Shown piece by piece: positions 19,501 to 28,152 of a DNA stretch of 53,536 nt. Origin of the DNA: Candidatus Hydrogenedentota bacterium (GTDB taxonomy: Bacteria; Hydrogenedentota; Hydrogenedentia; Hydrogenedentales; SLHB01); NCBI GenBank assembly GCA_045863295.1, contig BTWA01000042.1, positions 1 to 53,536 on the forward strand. The letters run 5' to 3'. Under the pieces are notes generated by a model that saw nothing but the letters and a program-made list of their open reading frames with translations, was not told the DNA's origin and did not search any database. The position numbers were made by a program, and so were the translations under genes. Each line of letters opens with the position of its first letter. Position 1 is the stretch's first letter.

Positions 19501-20304
19501 TTCATTGCCTTGGTCATTGAAGACTACCACGTTGGATCCGGCTAAAGCGGCGCATGCTCCACCGGCAGAAGCAACGCTCTGGACTGTTCCTTCGAGAACG
19601 GTTCTTGCACTGCCGTCATTTGCGTTGACCAGGAGAGCTCCTGCATCCGTGGCTACAACAAACTGGCCTCTGGTCAAGGCTGCGATGGCGGCTGGCGTTG
19701 CAGGCAGCGAAATGGTGGTACTGGGGTCTTTTTCGCCTGCGGTGTAAATCACCACGCTGGCCGGTGCTCGTGTTGTAACCGCCACTTGATTCCCCGATGC
19801 GGCGATCGCACTCGGCACACCCGTGACGCCTTCCACCGTTTGGGGCGTATCCGGATGGGCGGGGTCGATAAGCGTAATGCTGTCGGCGAAGCTATTGGCC
19901 ACCGCAAAGCTGCCGTTTTCCAGTTGCGTTACGTCGCAGGCTCCTTTACCTGCGGCGACCGTCGCGGACACCGACATATCGGCGGTTTGAATGAGAGACA
20001 CGGTGCCATCAAGACGGTTCACACAGGCTAGGGTCTGGCCATTGGCGGAAAGCGCGATTGCGGTTGGTCCGCCACCGACCGTTGCCGAGGCTTTCGAAAT
20101 CTTCGTGGCGGCGTCGATGCGCAAGACCTGATTTACGCCATATACCGCGAGGTACATATCGCCGGTTGCAGCATCAATGACGGCGTCGCGAACGGGACCG
20201 CTTTCTTGTACCGTCTGGAATACTGATTGTGCCACGGCAAGATAGGGCGCCAACGCCAAAGCACTGACGACCGCCAACGCTAAACGGAACCGAATAACAC
20301 TCAA
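16522..20304 (-). CDS. lptD: LptD-like LPS-assembly outer membrane protein fused to an N-terminal YVTN/YncE-like beta-propeller via a low-complexity linker
   Basis: TTG start with GGAGA RBS and a signal peptide. Propeller repeats (ATVGGGPTAIALS...VNRLDGTVSLI), an A/E/P/T linker, OstA jellyroll (IKAEVLDYN...GNVEI), WLTTCDC..YYRIR, amphipathic barrel strands, R..MQC and C-terminal Phe. Confidence 0.75.
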   Translation of the reverse strand: MSVIRFRLALAVVSALALAPYLAVAQSVFQTVQESGPVRDAVIDAATGDMYLAVYGVNQVLRIDAATKISKASATVGGGPTAIALSANGQTLACVNRLDGTVSLIQTADMSVSATVAAGKGACDVTQLENGSFAVANSFADSITLIDPAHPDTPQTVEGVTGVPSAIAASGNQVAVTTRAPASVVIYTAGEKDPSTTISLPATPAAIAALTRGQFVVATDAGALLVNANDGSARTVLEGTVQSVASAGGACAALAGSNVVVFNDQGNETGRYAVPEAGQALAFANGLVVVLSPKNKSWHWAAVEGLSIAPAMVVAEAATAEQAEEAAPDSTAAAAPTPVVVEETKVEQEAAPVPQPVQAEIAPATAPATDTAPISEPAETPVPMPDETHEAQEPEPAPAVAAAPASPQDISTVSTDQPASESDSDSVATEETNTVTPGEPTLKADATSAKPMSNEPRPSRIRPEGFAPPFDPKPPVPPSKRGRPAAVPFAEGTEPTLSQGIGQQLQGIDEAEGGFEPVDWNAPLKNIKAEVLDYNPDTRIIEAQGNARFRVETISFASDYFYYNENTGELHMRGNVEIVQGPSTAFADEIKYIFPPKTEESAPPPLTSDPENLERDMAASLYALGSIEATNIEIIEPQRHFVAQHMYYDFLTQTGEGNNVEGQTGQVRFGGEKIQITGENAAVIENIWLTTCDCDHEYYRIRLNTASIGEGGTLLGKGARLEIGKAKTPVYWPRWKLAGAEAATVGFDFDSGRRAELGYYINVGQQFAVNQNVSLGLRLYPTTKEGVGFGVDGEYDFTMDPTAPLFGGKGEFHTLYTTQNRSYLHWYHRHQLYANTQLLTQVEQWSDPDIYKDFYYDQFQDRSEPRSFANVTHVNPAYIATGTVRVNPHGFVAETERAPELTFHLLERRLADNLYFTFDTINGYNEREPGDTHSARSVNVGRLTYDIDMGEAWNLAPFVEAEAAWYSNTVDGGDSDGRLSALTGVTLQTRLHRNYGGIGGFTGFKHIIVPSMTVSYRPTSNLDVEDTPRFDAYDNVYGRTRLETKIDNIVLGQDADSGESWQVARLSLYHGADIWNELRESEDYEVELDLRPRPYWGFHFIGEMHHISNDRDLDFDEPYFVQRAIVENYDRYFDADPETAFRYNAQYGDYERALAYFYYDDRPYGGKYSGRIGFSYTQTDDQVFNREIIYGFGYKANEKWTLSFEHRYDLEKDELTRQKYEIRRAMQCVETAINVTQRESGWDMGFELSVTAFPGTRLKF

Positions 20305-20308
20305 CCGA

Positions 20309-20641
20309 TTATCTCCCCGGCAACGTGACCCAAAATGCCGCCACGCGTTTGCCTTCTCGTTTACGTTGTTCTTCGCGATCGCGCGCTGCAGAGTACCCAG
20401 AACCTTCGGATGCAGGCGCGGCTGCTTCGGGGGCAGGCGCCGGTTCTGGATTTTCAACGGGCTTTGATTGTATCGGTTCTTGTTCACTGGGTTCGTTGCT
20501 CGCGGCGGGTTGTTCCGACGGTGCATTCGCGTTAGGCCGCGCGGCCGAACTGCCACCGATTTCCGTGCTTCGAATTGAAGGAGGCAACTGTTGAGCCCAA
20601 GTCAGACCAGACACCATAACCACGGCGAACAGACGCTTCAT
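20309..20641 (-). CDS. Small secreted low-complexity protein
   Basis: MKRLFAVVMVSGLTWA signal, P/E/A/S-rich middle and C-terminal EGKRVAAFWVTLP. RBS AAGGGG. Fills the gap between the PfkB gene and lptD exactly. Confidence 0.7.
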   Translation of the reverse strand: MKRLFAVVMVSGLTWAQQLPPSIRSTEIGGSSAARPNANAPSEQPAASNEPSEQEPIQSKPVENPEPAPAPEAAAPASEGSGYSAARDREEQRKREGKRVAAFWVTLPGR

Positions 20642-20642
20642 C

Positions 20643-21575
20643 TCATGCCCCTTCCATAAGTGCGATGGCCGCATCAAGGGACTTTACTCCCATGGAGCCG
20701 CCCATCGCCTGCACGGTCAATCCGCCTACGGCATTGGCCAGCTTTGCGCTGCGGCGGACATTCCATCCATTCAAGTATCCGAACAGAAACCCGCCACATG
20801 CTGCGTCTCCGGCTCCCGTGGTATCGAGAACCGGTACTGTGTGCGCGGGGATGGCAAAGGCATCGCTTCCGCTTTTCACGTAGACGCCGCTGTCCCCCAT
20901 TTTAATCAACACGATGTCCGGACCAAAGGACAAATAATATTCCGCGACGTCTTCCGGAGTCTCCCGGTTCGTGTACTTGCGTGCTTCTTCTATACTGGAC
21001 ATGACGACGTTGGTATGGGGAAGGGCATGTTCTATGCGCGCAAACCACTTGCCTTCGCCATCGTAACAGGTATCGAGAGAGGTTGTCAGACCGGCCTCCC
21101 GGGCTTGTTTCAAGAGTCGCCCTGCGGGTTCGCCATCCAGCGCGGGCGTTACAGCGGGCCCGCCCCAGTGCAAATGCCGGGCTCGCATTACGAAATTCAT
21201 ATCGACGTCCTGCTCGGTAAATGCCCGGCTGGAGCCTTGATGATGGAGAAACGTGCGTTGTCCCATTTCATCGATCATAACGACAGTGGCTGGCGTTCCA
21301 TAGCTGGACTTGCGCTTAACCTGGTCAATGTTTACGCCATTGCTTTGAAGTGCGCCAATGATGTAGTCCCCAAAGCCGTCCTGGCCGAGGGTGCCTATAA
21401 ACGCGGCCTTCCCGCCGAGACGCGCAAACACGGTTGCGGTGACCCCGGCGAGCCCACCCAAGTGAATTTCGAGTGTAGGCATCAGGGCCAAGGTACCCTT
21501 GGCGGGAAGGGATTCGACAGGGCGCACCATGACATCGGCACACGACAGCCCCACGGAAACCAGGTCGAAGCCCAT
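20643..21575 (-). CDS. PfkB family carbohydrate kinase
   Basis: VGLSCAD, HLGG, GQDGFG, KMGDSG, DTTGAGDAACGG. Confidence 0.93.
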   Translation of the reverse strand: MGFDLVSVGLSCADVMVRPVESLPAKGTLALMPTLEIHLGGLAGVTATVFARLGGKAAFIGTLGQDGFGDYIIGALQSNGVNIDQVKRKSSYGTPATVVMIDEMGQRTFLHHQGSSRAFTEQDVDMNFVMRARHLHWGGPAVTPALDGEPAGRLLKQAREAGLTTSLDTCYDGEGKWFARIEHALPHTNVVMSSIEEARKYTNRETPEDVAEYYLSFGPDIVLIKMGDSGVYVKSGSDAFAIPAHTVPVLDTTGAGDAACGGFLFGYLNGWNVRRSAKLANAVGGLTVQAMGGSMGVKSLDAAIALMEGA

Positions 21576-21647
21576 TGGATCCCCTCAATCGAATGCAAAC
21601 AAAACCCGCAAGAAACCGTTACAAACTCAATCCTCAGTGCGTTGCCG

Positions 21648-21676
21648 AGTATACCATGGAGCGTATTGGCAGGCAA
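21648..21676 (-). promoter_or_regulatory. Sigma70 promoter for the pfkB-small protein-lptD unit
   Basis: Minus strand reads TTGCCT-17 nt-TATACT. Confidence 0.6.
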
Positions 21677-21738
21677 ACGACTGACAAGATGCTGGGCGTT
21701 TCCTAACCCTTCCAGGGAGTTTGGGTTATGGAATCATG

Positions 21739-22338
21739 TCACTCCTGCTGAGATGTAACCAGCCTGCGTTCCTTGGCGTACTCTTCCAGTTGTTCCCGGA
21801 GCAGCTTCCGCCCTCTGTAGAGACGGGACATGACGGTGCCCAGGGGGCATTTCATCTTGTCGGCAATTTCCTTATAGGACATATCTTCCAGATCGGCCAT
21901 GACTACTGCCTGCCTGAAATCTTCGGGGAGGGACTCCAAAGCCTTTTTCACCTCGTCGTCCAGCAGTTCCATCAGATCTTCCGTCTTGCCCTGTGCGGGT
22001 TCGAAGTGCACTTCGGGATCTGGAGAGCGATCTTCGGCCTGTTCTGTGCCGGTCAGTTCGACAAAAGTGGGCCGTCTCGATTTCCTTCGGTATTCGTTGA
22101 TAAAGGTATTGCGCAGGATGGTTAACAACCACGCCTTAATATAGGTGCCTTTTTCGAATTTGTCGTGGAATCGCAGGGCTTTAACGATCGTGTTTTGGGT
22201 GAGGTCCTGGGCATCGGCTGGATTGCGCGTCAGTTTCAGTGCGACGGCATATAACATGTCGAGGTGCTCCAAAATGAGCGCCTCGAACTCTTTTGAACGC
22301 GTAGATTCTGTGGCTACATTTTCGGGCAAAATTGCCAT
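21739..22338 (-). CDS. ECF sigma-70 factor (SigR/SigH-like)
   Basis: LYAVALKLTRNPADAQDLTQ, KAWLLTILRNTFINEYR, DLEDMSYKEIA, GTVMSRLYRGRKLL. Confidence 0.93.
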   Translation of the reverse strand: MAILPENVATESTRSKEFEALILEHLDMLYAVALKLTRNPADAQDLTQNTIVKALRFHDKFEKGTYIKAWLLTILRNTFINEYRRKSRRPTFVELTGTEQAEDRSPDPEVHFEPAQGKTEDLMELLDDEVKKALESLPEDFRQAVVMADLEDMSYKEIADKMKCPLGTVMSRLYRGRKLLREQLEEYAKERRLVTSQQE

Positions 22339-22708
22339 TCCGCGCACTGCGAATCGCCCTAAGGGGGCCTGTACCGTTAGGCCGTGGATGTGGGTACTTA
22401 GGGAGATCTAATTGCGCCGATACACCGGGAATATTCCCACCTGCGGTATCGTATCAATGTTCATATTCCCGGTTCAAACGGTTTATTTGGATAAAGTAAA
22501 ATTTCTTTATGGGGGCATAGCGCCGATGTCTTTGTTGCGTATCGTATTCCCAAAACCCACTTCAACCGTTCAAGCATTGTGAAAGTGTGTAGTTTCATGT
22601 ACCATTTGGATGCATTTGTAACGCGGATCGGCAATTGTAAGGCGTCGTCGGGGAGCGAGGCCGGCCGCAGGTGAGTCCAATCCGGCGTGGGATCGGAAGG
22701 AATCCTAG

Positions 22709-23707
22709 ATGTCTGCGACCCAGAAGTACTCCTCGTATATAGAGATACCGATTGCGGTCTTACGCGATGAATCGCTTTCGGATGTAGACTTGTACATACT
22801 TCATCCTGCGGCGACGGTTCCGGTGCTCTTCAAGTCGAGGCAGTCCCCACCCAAATCCTTGTCCTTTCAACGTATTCGCGATCAGGGCAAGACGCGGTTC
22901 TTTGTCCCAACCGAGCAACATAGTCACTTTCAAGTGCATGTGGAGCAGGTTTTAGACAAGCTTTTGCACGATCCCGGGTTGCCGCTCGAAGAAAAGGTTC
23001 ACGTGCTTTACTCTTCCGCCACGGGATTGATGAAGCAGATGTTTGAACAACCAGTGACGCGAGAGGTAATTGGGCGCGCACGTGAAATGACAGGGACGCT
23101 CACCGGCTTCCTGGCTGCCGAACAACGGGCTTTTCGCCATTTACTTGGTCTGGTTTCCTACGATTACTACACGTATACCCACAGCGTGAACGTGTTCGTT
23201 TACAGTGTATGCCTTGCACAGCGGGCCGGTTATACGGACGATCGGATATTGCGTGAGTTCGGCGAAGGTCTATTGTTACACGATATTGGCAAGTGCAAAA
23301 TCGATCCGTCCATTGTAAATTCACCGGGCAAGTTGACTGCCAGCCAAGTTGCATGCATGCAGCAACATCCAGTTCTGGGCAGCGAAATGCTACGGAAAGA
23401 CAGTGGATTGTCCGATCTGGCATTGGATGTTGTTTTGCACCACCACGAGAAGTTAAATGGAAGCGGGTATCCAGATGGACTCCGTGGCGAACAGATTCAT
23501 CCGCTTGTCCGTGTAAGCACAATAGCAGATATTTTTGATGCGTTGACCACACGCCGCTCCTACCGGAAGGCAATGACCACGTTCGAGGCCTTTCGTCTCA
23601 TGAATCGCGAGATGCTTGAACTGCTTGATCAGAATTTGTTCCGGCTCTTTATCACCATGTTTGCGGACGACCAGGAATTGCAGCCCATGTCGAGTGCAAT
23701 CAACTGA
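22709..23707 (+). CDS. HD-GYP domain cyclic-dinucleotide phosphodiesterase
   Basis: YTYTHSVNV, LLHDIGK, HP..G, HHHEKLNGSGYP.GL, IADIFDALT..RSY. Confidence 0.93.
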   Translation: MSATQKYSSYIEIPIAVLRDESLSDVDLYILHPAATVPVLFKSRQSPPKSLSFQRIRDQGKTRFFVPTEQHSHFQVHVEQVLDKLLHDPGLPLEEKVHVLYSSATGLMKQMFEQPVTREVIGRAREMTGTLTGFLAAEQRAFRHLLGLVSYDYYTYTHSVNVFVYSVCLAQRAGYTDDRILREFGEGLLLHDIGKCKIDPSIVNSPGKLTASQVACMQQHPVLGSEMLRKDSGLSDLALDVVLHHHEKLNGSGYPDGLRGEQIHPLVRVSTIADIFDALTTRRSYRKAMTTFEAFRLMNREMLELLDQNLFRLFITMFADDQELQPMSSAIN

Positions 23708-23901
23708 TACTACATTCGTTCCCACCCCGTTTGTGTTATCCCCGCCAGCGGCCTAATGACTGGCTTGCGCCTCAGTCCTTTGATTACAGAGTCACTCAGC
23801 CAAACTGCTAAGATGCAATAGGATCGTAGAGTGCGGAAATCCGTGGTTGGCAGGCGGATGCGCCGAGATTTGAGTAGGGCATTCACGGGTAGGGGGTGAC
23901 C

Positions 23902-25578
23902 ATGTCTACCATAGTACTAGGTGGTTTGTCCGTGCTGCCTGTCGCTGCGGTAGCCGTGTTGCTGGTAGGAATGCGTTGGCCGGCAAGCCGAGCCATGCCT
24001 CTCTGCTACATTGCAACCGTGGCGTTGTCGCTATTCCTCTGGCAGACTCCGGCGATCCGGATTGCCGCCGCGACCGTCAATGGCCTCATTGTGACGGCGA
24101 CGCTGCTGTATATCATCTTCGGCGCAATTCTGTTATTGAACACGTTGCAGGAAAGCGGGGGCCTGGCGACCATTCGCGCGGGATTTACGGCGCTTTCACC
24201 CGACCGCCGGGTGCAGGTGGTCATTATAGCTTGGCTGTTCGGTTCATTTATCGAGGGTGCGGCGGGATTCGGAACACCTGCGGCCCTTGCCGTACCTCTG
24301 CTTGTCGGACTTGGGTTTCCCGCCCTGCCGTCCGTAGTTGCCGGCATGATAATTCAAAGCACGCCCGTCTCGTTTGGCGCAGCCGGAACGCCGATTCTGG
24401 TCGGCATAAATACGGGCATTGGTTCGGATCCTTCGGTGAAAGCTTATGCGCTGGAGCACGGCTTCATGGAGTGGACCGCATTTCTTCATCACATCGGCAT
24501 AAAGGTTGCGGTACTACATGCGGCTGCCGGCACTGTCGTACCGCTGATAGTCGTAGCGATGATGACCCGTTTTTTCGGCGCGGCGAAGTCCTGGCGCGAG
24601 GGCTTTGCTGCGTGGCCCTTCGCGTTGTTTGCGGCGTTTGCGATGACGCTCCCGTATCTGGCGGCCGCGTGGTTTTTGGGGCCAGAATTTCCAACTTTGA
24701 CCGGATCGCTAGCGGGCATGGCCATTGTAGTGTTTGCGGCTCGAAACGGTTGGTTTGTTCCAAAGGTCCATGCGCCGTGGGACTTCGCACCGCGAGACAC
24801 ATGGCCCGCGGATTGGAGCGGTACCCTAGCGCTTGCGGTACCCGACTTGCCCAAACGACCTCTCAGTCTCTTCAATGCATGGTTGCCCTACGTGCTGGTA
24901 GCCGCACTGCTGCTGGCCACACGCATCAAGGCATTGCCTTTTGGCGCCTGGCTGAAGGCGCCTTCCATCAAGATTGAAAGCATCTTTGGAACCGGCATTG
25001 CCGCGTCGGTCGAGCCACTTTACCTGCCCGGAACGGTTTTTGTATTTGTATCCATTCTTACCATCTATTTTCATCAAATGGATACTGGTACATTCAAAAC
25101 CGCGTGGACAAACAGTGCAAAGACAATGCTCACCGCTTCGTCGGCCCTTGTGTTTACCGTGCCCATGGTGCAGGTATTCATTCACAGTGACGGCGGCGGT
25201 GCGGGGTATCCCAAGATGCCTGTGGCGCTTGCGCAAGCGGTGGCAGACATGGTGGGAGGTGCGTGGCCCTTGTTCGCTCCGTCCATAGGCGGTCTCGGCG
25301 CATTCATTGCAGGCAGCAATACAGTGAGCAACATGATGTTCGCTCTTTTTCAGTTTGAAACCGGTTTGCGTATTGGACTGGATCCGACTTGGATCGTGGC
25401 CCTTCAGGCGGTAGGCGGCGCGGCGGGAAACATGGTTTGCGTTCACAATGTGGTGGCCGCCTCCGCCGTGGTCGGTCTGGCAGGCCGGGAAGGGATGGTA
25501 ATACGAAAGACAATTGTTCCGTTTTTTTACTATGCCCTATTTGCGGGATTGCTTGGGTGCCTTATCTTGTATTGGTAA
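23902..25578 (+). CDS. lctP: L-lactate permease (LctP family)
   Basis: [51 protein letters not shown]. Confidence 0.93.
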   Translation: MSTIVLGGLSVLPVAAVAVLLVGMRWPASRAMPLCYIATVALSLFLWQTPAIRIAAATVNGLIVTATLLYIIFGAILLLNTLQESGGLATIRAGFTALSPDRRVQVVIIAWLFGSFIEGAAGFGTPAALAVPLLVGLGFPALPSVVAGMIIQSTPVSFGAAGTPILVGINTGIGSDPSVKAYALEHGFMEWTAFLHHIGIKVAVLHAAAGTVVPLIVVAMMTRFFGAAKSWREGFAAWPFALFAAFAMTLPYLAAAWFLGPEFPTLTGSLAGMAIVVFAARNGWFVPKVHAPWDFAPRDTWPADWSGTLALAVPDLPKRPLSLFNAWLPYVLVAALLLATRIKALPFGAWLKAPSIKIESIFGTGIAASVEPLYLPGTVFVFVSILTIYFHQMDTGTFKTAWTNSAKTMLTASSALVFTVPMVQVFIHSDGGGAGYPKMPVALAQAVADMVGGAWPLFAPSIGGLGAFIAGSNTVSNMMFALFQFETGLRIGLDPTWIVALQAVGGAAGNMVCVHNVVAASAVVGLAGREGMVIRKTIVPFFYYALFAGLLGCLILYW

Positions 25579-25668
25579 ATGGTCTGTTTTCACTGTTTCT
25601 TGAAACGGCCATGGTTGTGTTTTATTCTTCGTGCGACCGGGCGTTACTCTGTAGGAGAATCAGTTTTC

Positions 25669-26667
25669 ATGGCGTGTGAGGCGACTGCGTACGCTCGGGC
25701 CGGACTTGTGGGAAATCCTTCGGACGGTTATTACGGTAAGACCATTAGTTTTACCATACGAGACTTTTCAGCAAAAGTCAGTTTGTATGAGCATCCGCAC
25801 GTGGAAATCGTTCCCAGTCTGCGCGACCGATCCACTTATTCATCCGTGTACGATCTAGTTGATGACGTACAGGCATTCGGATATTACGGGGCGATTCGGT
25901 TGGTCAAGGCGACCATCAAGCGATTCGTGGAGCATTGCACAGCCGAGCGCATTCGCCTGCCCGAGAACAAGAATTTTCAGATTCGGTATCGCACAACCAT
26001 TCCTAGGCATGTCGGCATGGCAGGGAGCAGCGCTCTGGTAACCGCAACATTGCGGTGCTTGATGGAGTATTACGAAGTTGACATACCCCGGGAGATTCAA
26101 CCCAATCTCATACTCTCCGTGGAAACCGGAGAGTTGGGGATCACGGCAGGTCTGCAGGATCGCGTGATACAGGTGTATGAAGGGTGTGTGTTCATGGATT
26201 TTGACAAGGGATACATGGAATCGCATGGACACGGACGATACGAAGAGATTGACCCCGGGTTACTGCCTAACATTTACATTGCCTATCGTACCAAGCTGGC
26301 CGAAGGGTCTGAGGTCTTCCATAACCGCATTAAGGAGCGGTGGTTGGCCGGGGAGCCCGAGGTGGTTGACGCCATGAAGCAATTTGCTTCATTTGCCGAA
26401 AAGACGCGAGCGCTTATCCTTTCCAATAGAGGATCGGAAATAGGCGAGTGGCTGAACCGGAATTTTGATTTGCGCCGATCCATTTTTCAATTGCCCAAAG
26501 CGCAGATTGCTCTGGTGGAGGCATGCCGTAAACACGGGGCGTCCTGCAAATTTTCCGGGTCTGGTGGCGCAGTGGTCGGTACCTATGAAGACGAAGCCAT
26601 GTTTCAGCGGCTGGTCGCCGAATTTGAAGGGACGGACACGGTAGTCATGAAGCCTCGGATCGCATAG
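25669..26667 (+). CDS. GHMP kinase, glucuronokinase-like
   Basis: ARAGLVGNPSD, GYYG..RL, IPRHVGMAGSSA, ELGITAGLQDRV, MDF, KFSGSGGAVV match the motifs I recall for plant glucuronokinase. Confidence 0.85.
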   Translation: MACEATAYARAGLVGNPSDGYYGKTISFTIRDFSAKVSLYEHPHVEIVPSLRDRSTYSSVYDLVDDVQAFGYYGAIRLVKATIKRFVEHCTAERIRLPENKNFQIRYRTTIPRHVGMAGSSALVTATLRCLMEYYEVDIPREIQPNLILSVETGELGITAGLQDRVIQVYEGCVFMDFDKGYMESHGHGRYEEIDPGLLPNIYIAYRTKLAEGSEVFHNRIKERWLAGEPEVVDAMKQFASFAEKTRALILSNRGSEIGEWLNRNFDLRRSIFQLPKAQIALVEACRKHGASCKFSGSGGAVVGTYEDEAMFQRLVAEFEGTDTVVMKPRIA

Positions 26668-27579
26668 TCATTCGGTTTGAAGCAGCGTGTTGGGGTGATC
26701 GGCGCCGGAGTCCTTCCTGCGAAGCACTTCGAGACGGTAGGCCTTCAGGCTGCACAACGTGCCCACGGCGGCGCCAGCCAGTCCGATGAGGCCGCCCGCA
26801 CTTCCGCCAACCAAGCCCAACTTCGGTTCACTGATAGTGCCGCGCGCAATTTCTGGCTCCAAGGCGGCAAACAGAATAAATGCCGCCGTGGCGAACGCGC
26901 CAAGTAAGTACATACTACGAATTCGAAACGCCCGCAGTGCGTCGGCCGCTTTGGTGTAGGCCTCACCGCCCGGCGGATAACTTTGTGCCAATTCCATCCT
27001 TGGAAGTACGAAGTGAATTCCAAGCATGATGACAGCAGCAGATCCAAGCATCGTGATTGCCATTACTTGCAAACGAAACTCTTCGGGTGGGTCAAGCGCC
27101 AATCGACTCAGCGCCAGAGCGCCCATGAAGCCAAGGATAACGAGGGTGGTGGCACGGATCCACAAGGGAAGGTATTGGTTCAATGTGCGCGGTTTCAGGC
27201 TTGCCGTTCTCACAGGGCCTGGCACATACTCTTCCGGCAACACGCCTACTTTTCGAAGCGCCTTCATTGTTCCCATGATGACCGGCATGGCGAACGGCCA
27301 GAAGACTAGATGTGCAACAGCGGTGTCTAAGGGCATGGACCTGACCCATAACTGATGCTGCGCGTCCCAGTTTACCCAGTGGAAGAGTTGCCAGCTCAAA
27401 TAGCCAGCGACCGCCATTGACCATGCGACTTGTAGCCGAATCATTCGGGTGCGAACGGCGGCAATAACCTGGGCACGCCGGTCGAAATCCACGCCGCGCA
27501 ACATCCACTTACGCCATGCGTAAATAAAGGGCAACTGTATCCCGACGAGCAATGCGAAGTAGCTGAATTGCCAAATCAT
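26668..27579 (-). CDS. Multi-pass membrane protein of unknown function (GntR-associated)
   Basis: About 7 hydrophobic segments, motif RTASLKPRTLNQYLP, and a GGAGA RBS before MIWQ. Confidence 0.75.
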   Translation of the reverse strand: MIWQFSYFALLVGIQLPFIYAWRKWMLRGVDFDRRAQVIAAVRTRMIRLQVAWSMAVAGYLSWQLFHWVNWDAQHQLWVRSMPLDTAVAHLVFWPFAMPVIMGTMKALRKVGVLPEEYVPGPVRTASLKPRTLNQYLPLWIRATTLVILGFMGALALSRLALDPPEEFRLQVMAITMLGSAAVIMLGIHFVLPRMELAQSYPPGGEAYTKAADALRAFRIRSMYLLGAFATAAFILFAALEPEIARGTISEPKLGLVGGSAGGLIGLAGAAVGTLCSLKAYRLEVLRRKDSGADHPNTLLQTE

Positions 27580-27622
27580 CGTCCGTATCTCCAGGTGAAG
27601 CGCTTGTGGCCCGACGCAAGGG

Positions 27623-28012
27623 TCAGGTAACGGACTTACTCCAGTCCGAGAGTTCACTTTGTACCAGTTGCTCCAGTTGCAGAATTGTCAGCCCTGCAAT
27701 CCGTCCCTCCGCAAAGGCTTCCCGAACTTTGGCCTGAACTCGCCGCACGGTGCCCGGATCCACGTTTCGGGCTTTTGCTGTCTCGCGCACACTGACGCGC
27801 CTGCCGTGGCCAACTACAAGCAGGTTTTCGTCCCTCATGCGGCGATAGGCGCGGGCCACGGTATTCCAATGGATACCTAAATCTGCGGCGAGTTGCCGGA
27901 CCGAGGGGAGTTGGTCTCCCGGTGCAATGTCTCCTTTTGCGATGGCGAGTCGAATACCGTTGCAGAGTTGGTCTTCGAGCGGCACGGGGTCCTGGATATC
28001 GACGGTAATCAT
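27623..28012 (-). CDS. GntR family (YtrA subfamily) transcriptional regulator
   Basis: Short (129 aa). VPLEDQL...I..G.I.PGDQLPSVRQLAADLGIHWNTVARAY plus a short C-terminal helix. Confidence 0.92.
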   Translation of the reverse strand: MITVDIQDPVPLEDQLCNGIRLAIAKGDIAPGDQLPSVRQLAADLGIHWNTVARAYRRMRDENLLVVGHGRRVSVRETAKARNVDPGTVRRVQAKVREAFAEGRIAGLTILQLEQLVQSELSDWSKSVT

Positions 28013-28018
28013 ATTTTT

Positions 28019-28047
28019 ACTGTATCATACAGTGATACAAAATACAA
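28019..28047 (-). promoter_or_regulatory. Leaderless sigma70 promoter overlapped by a YtrA-type operator
   Basis: Minus strand reads TTGTAT-17 nt-TACAGT-6 nt-ATG. Perfect inverted repeat TGTATCA-N5-TGATACA at 28021..28039. Confidence 0.7.
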
Positions 28048-28152
28048 GTGTCCGGCTTGGGGGGCATTCGGGTGGGTTGGTACCCCTCCTAGTCGCTATA
28101 CTTGGGCGTGTCATAACTGTCCAAAGCACAATGAAATAGGAGAATTGCATTC

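Noticed and set aside
20305..20556. 84 aa N-terminal extension of the 1344 aa ORF in the track
   Set aside because: It overlaps the real small secreted gene. The signal peptide and RBS support the TTG start at 20304.
23976..24977. Long alternative-frame and antisense ORFs (e.g. 23976..24977, 17506..18435, 20841..21758, 9203..10156)
   Set aside because: They are Arg/His/Pro-rich shadows of well-supported genes, as expected in GC-rich DNA.
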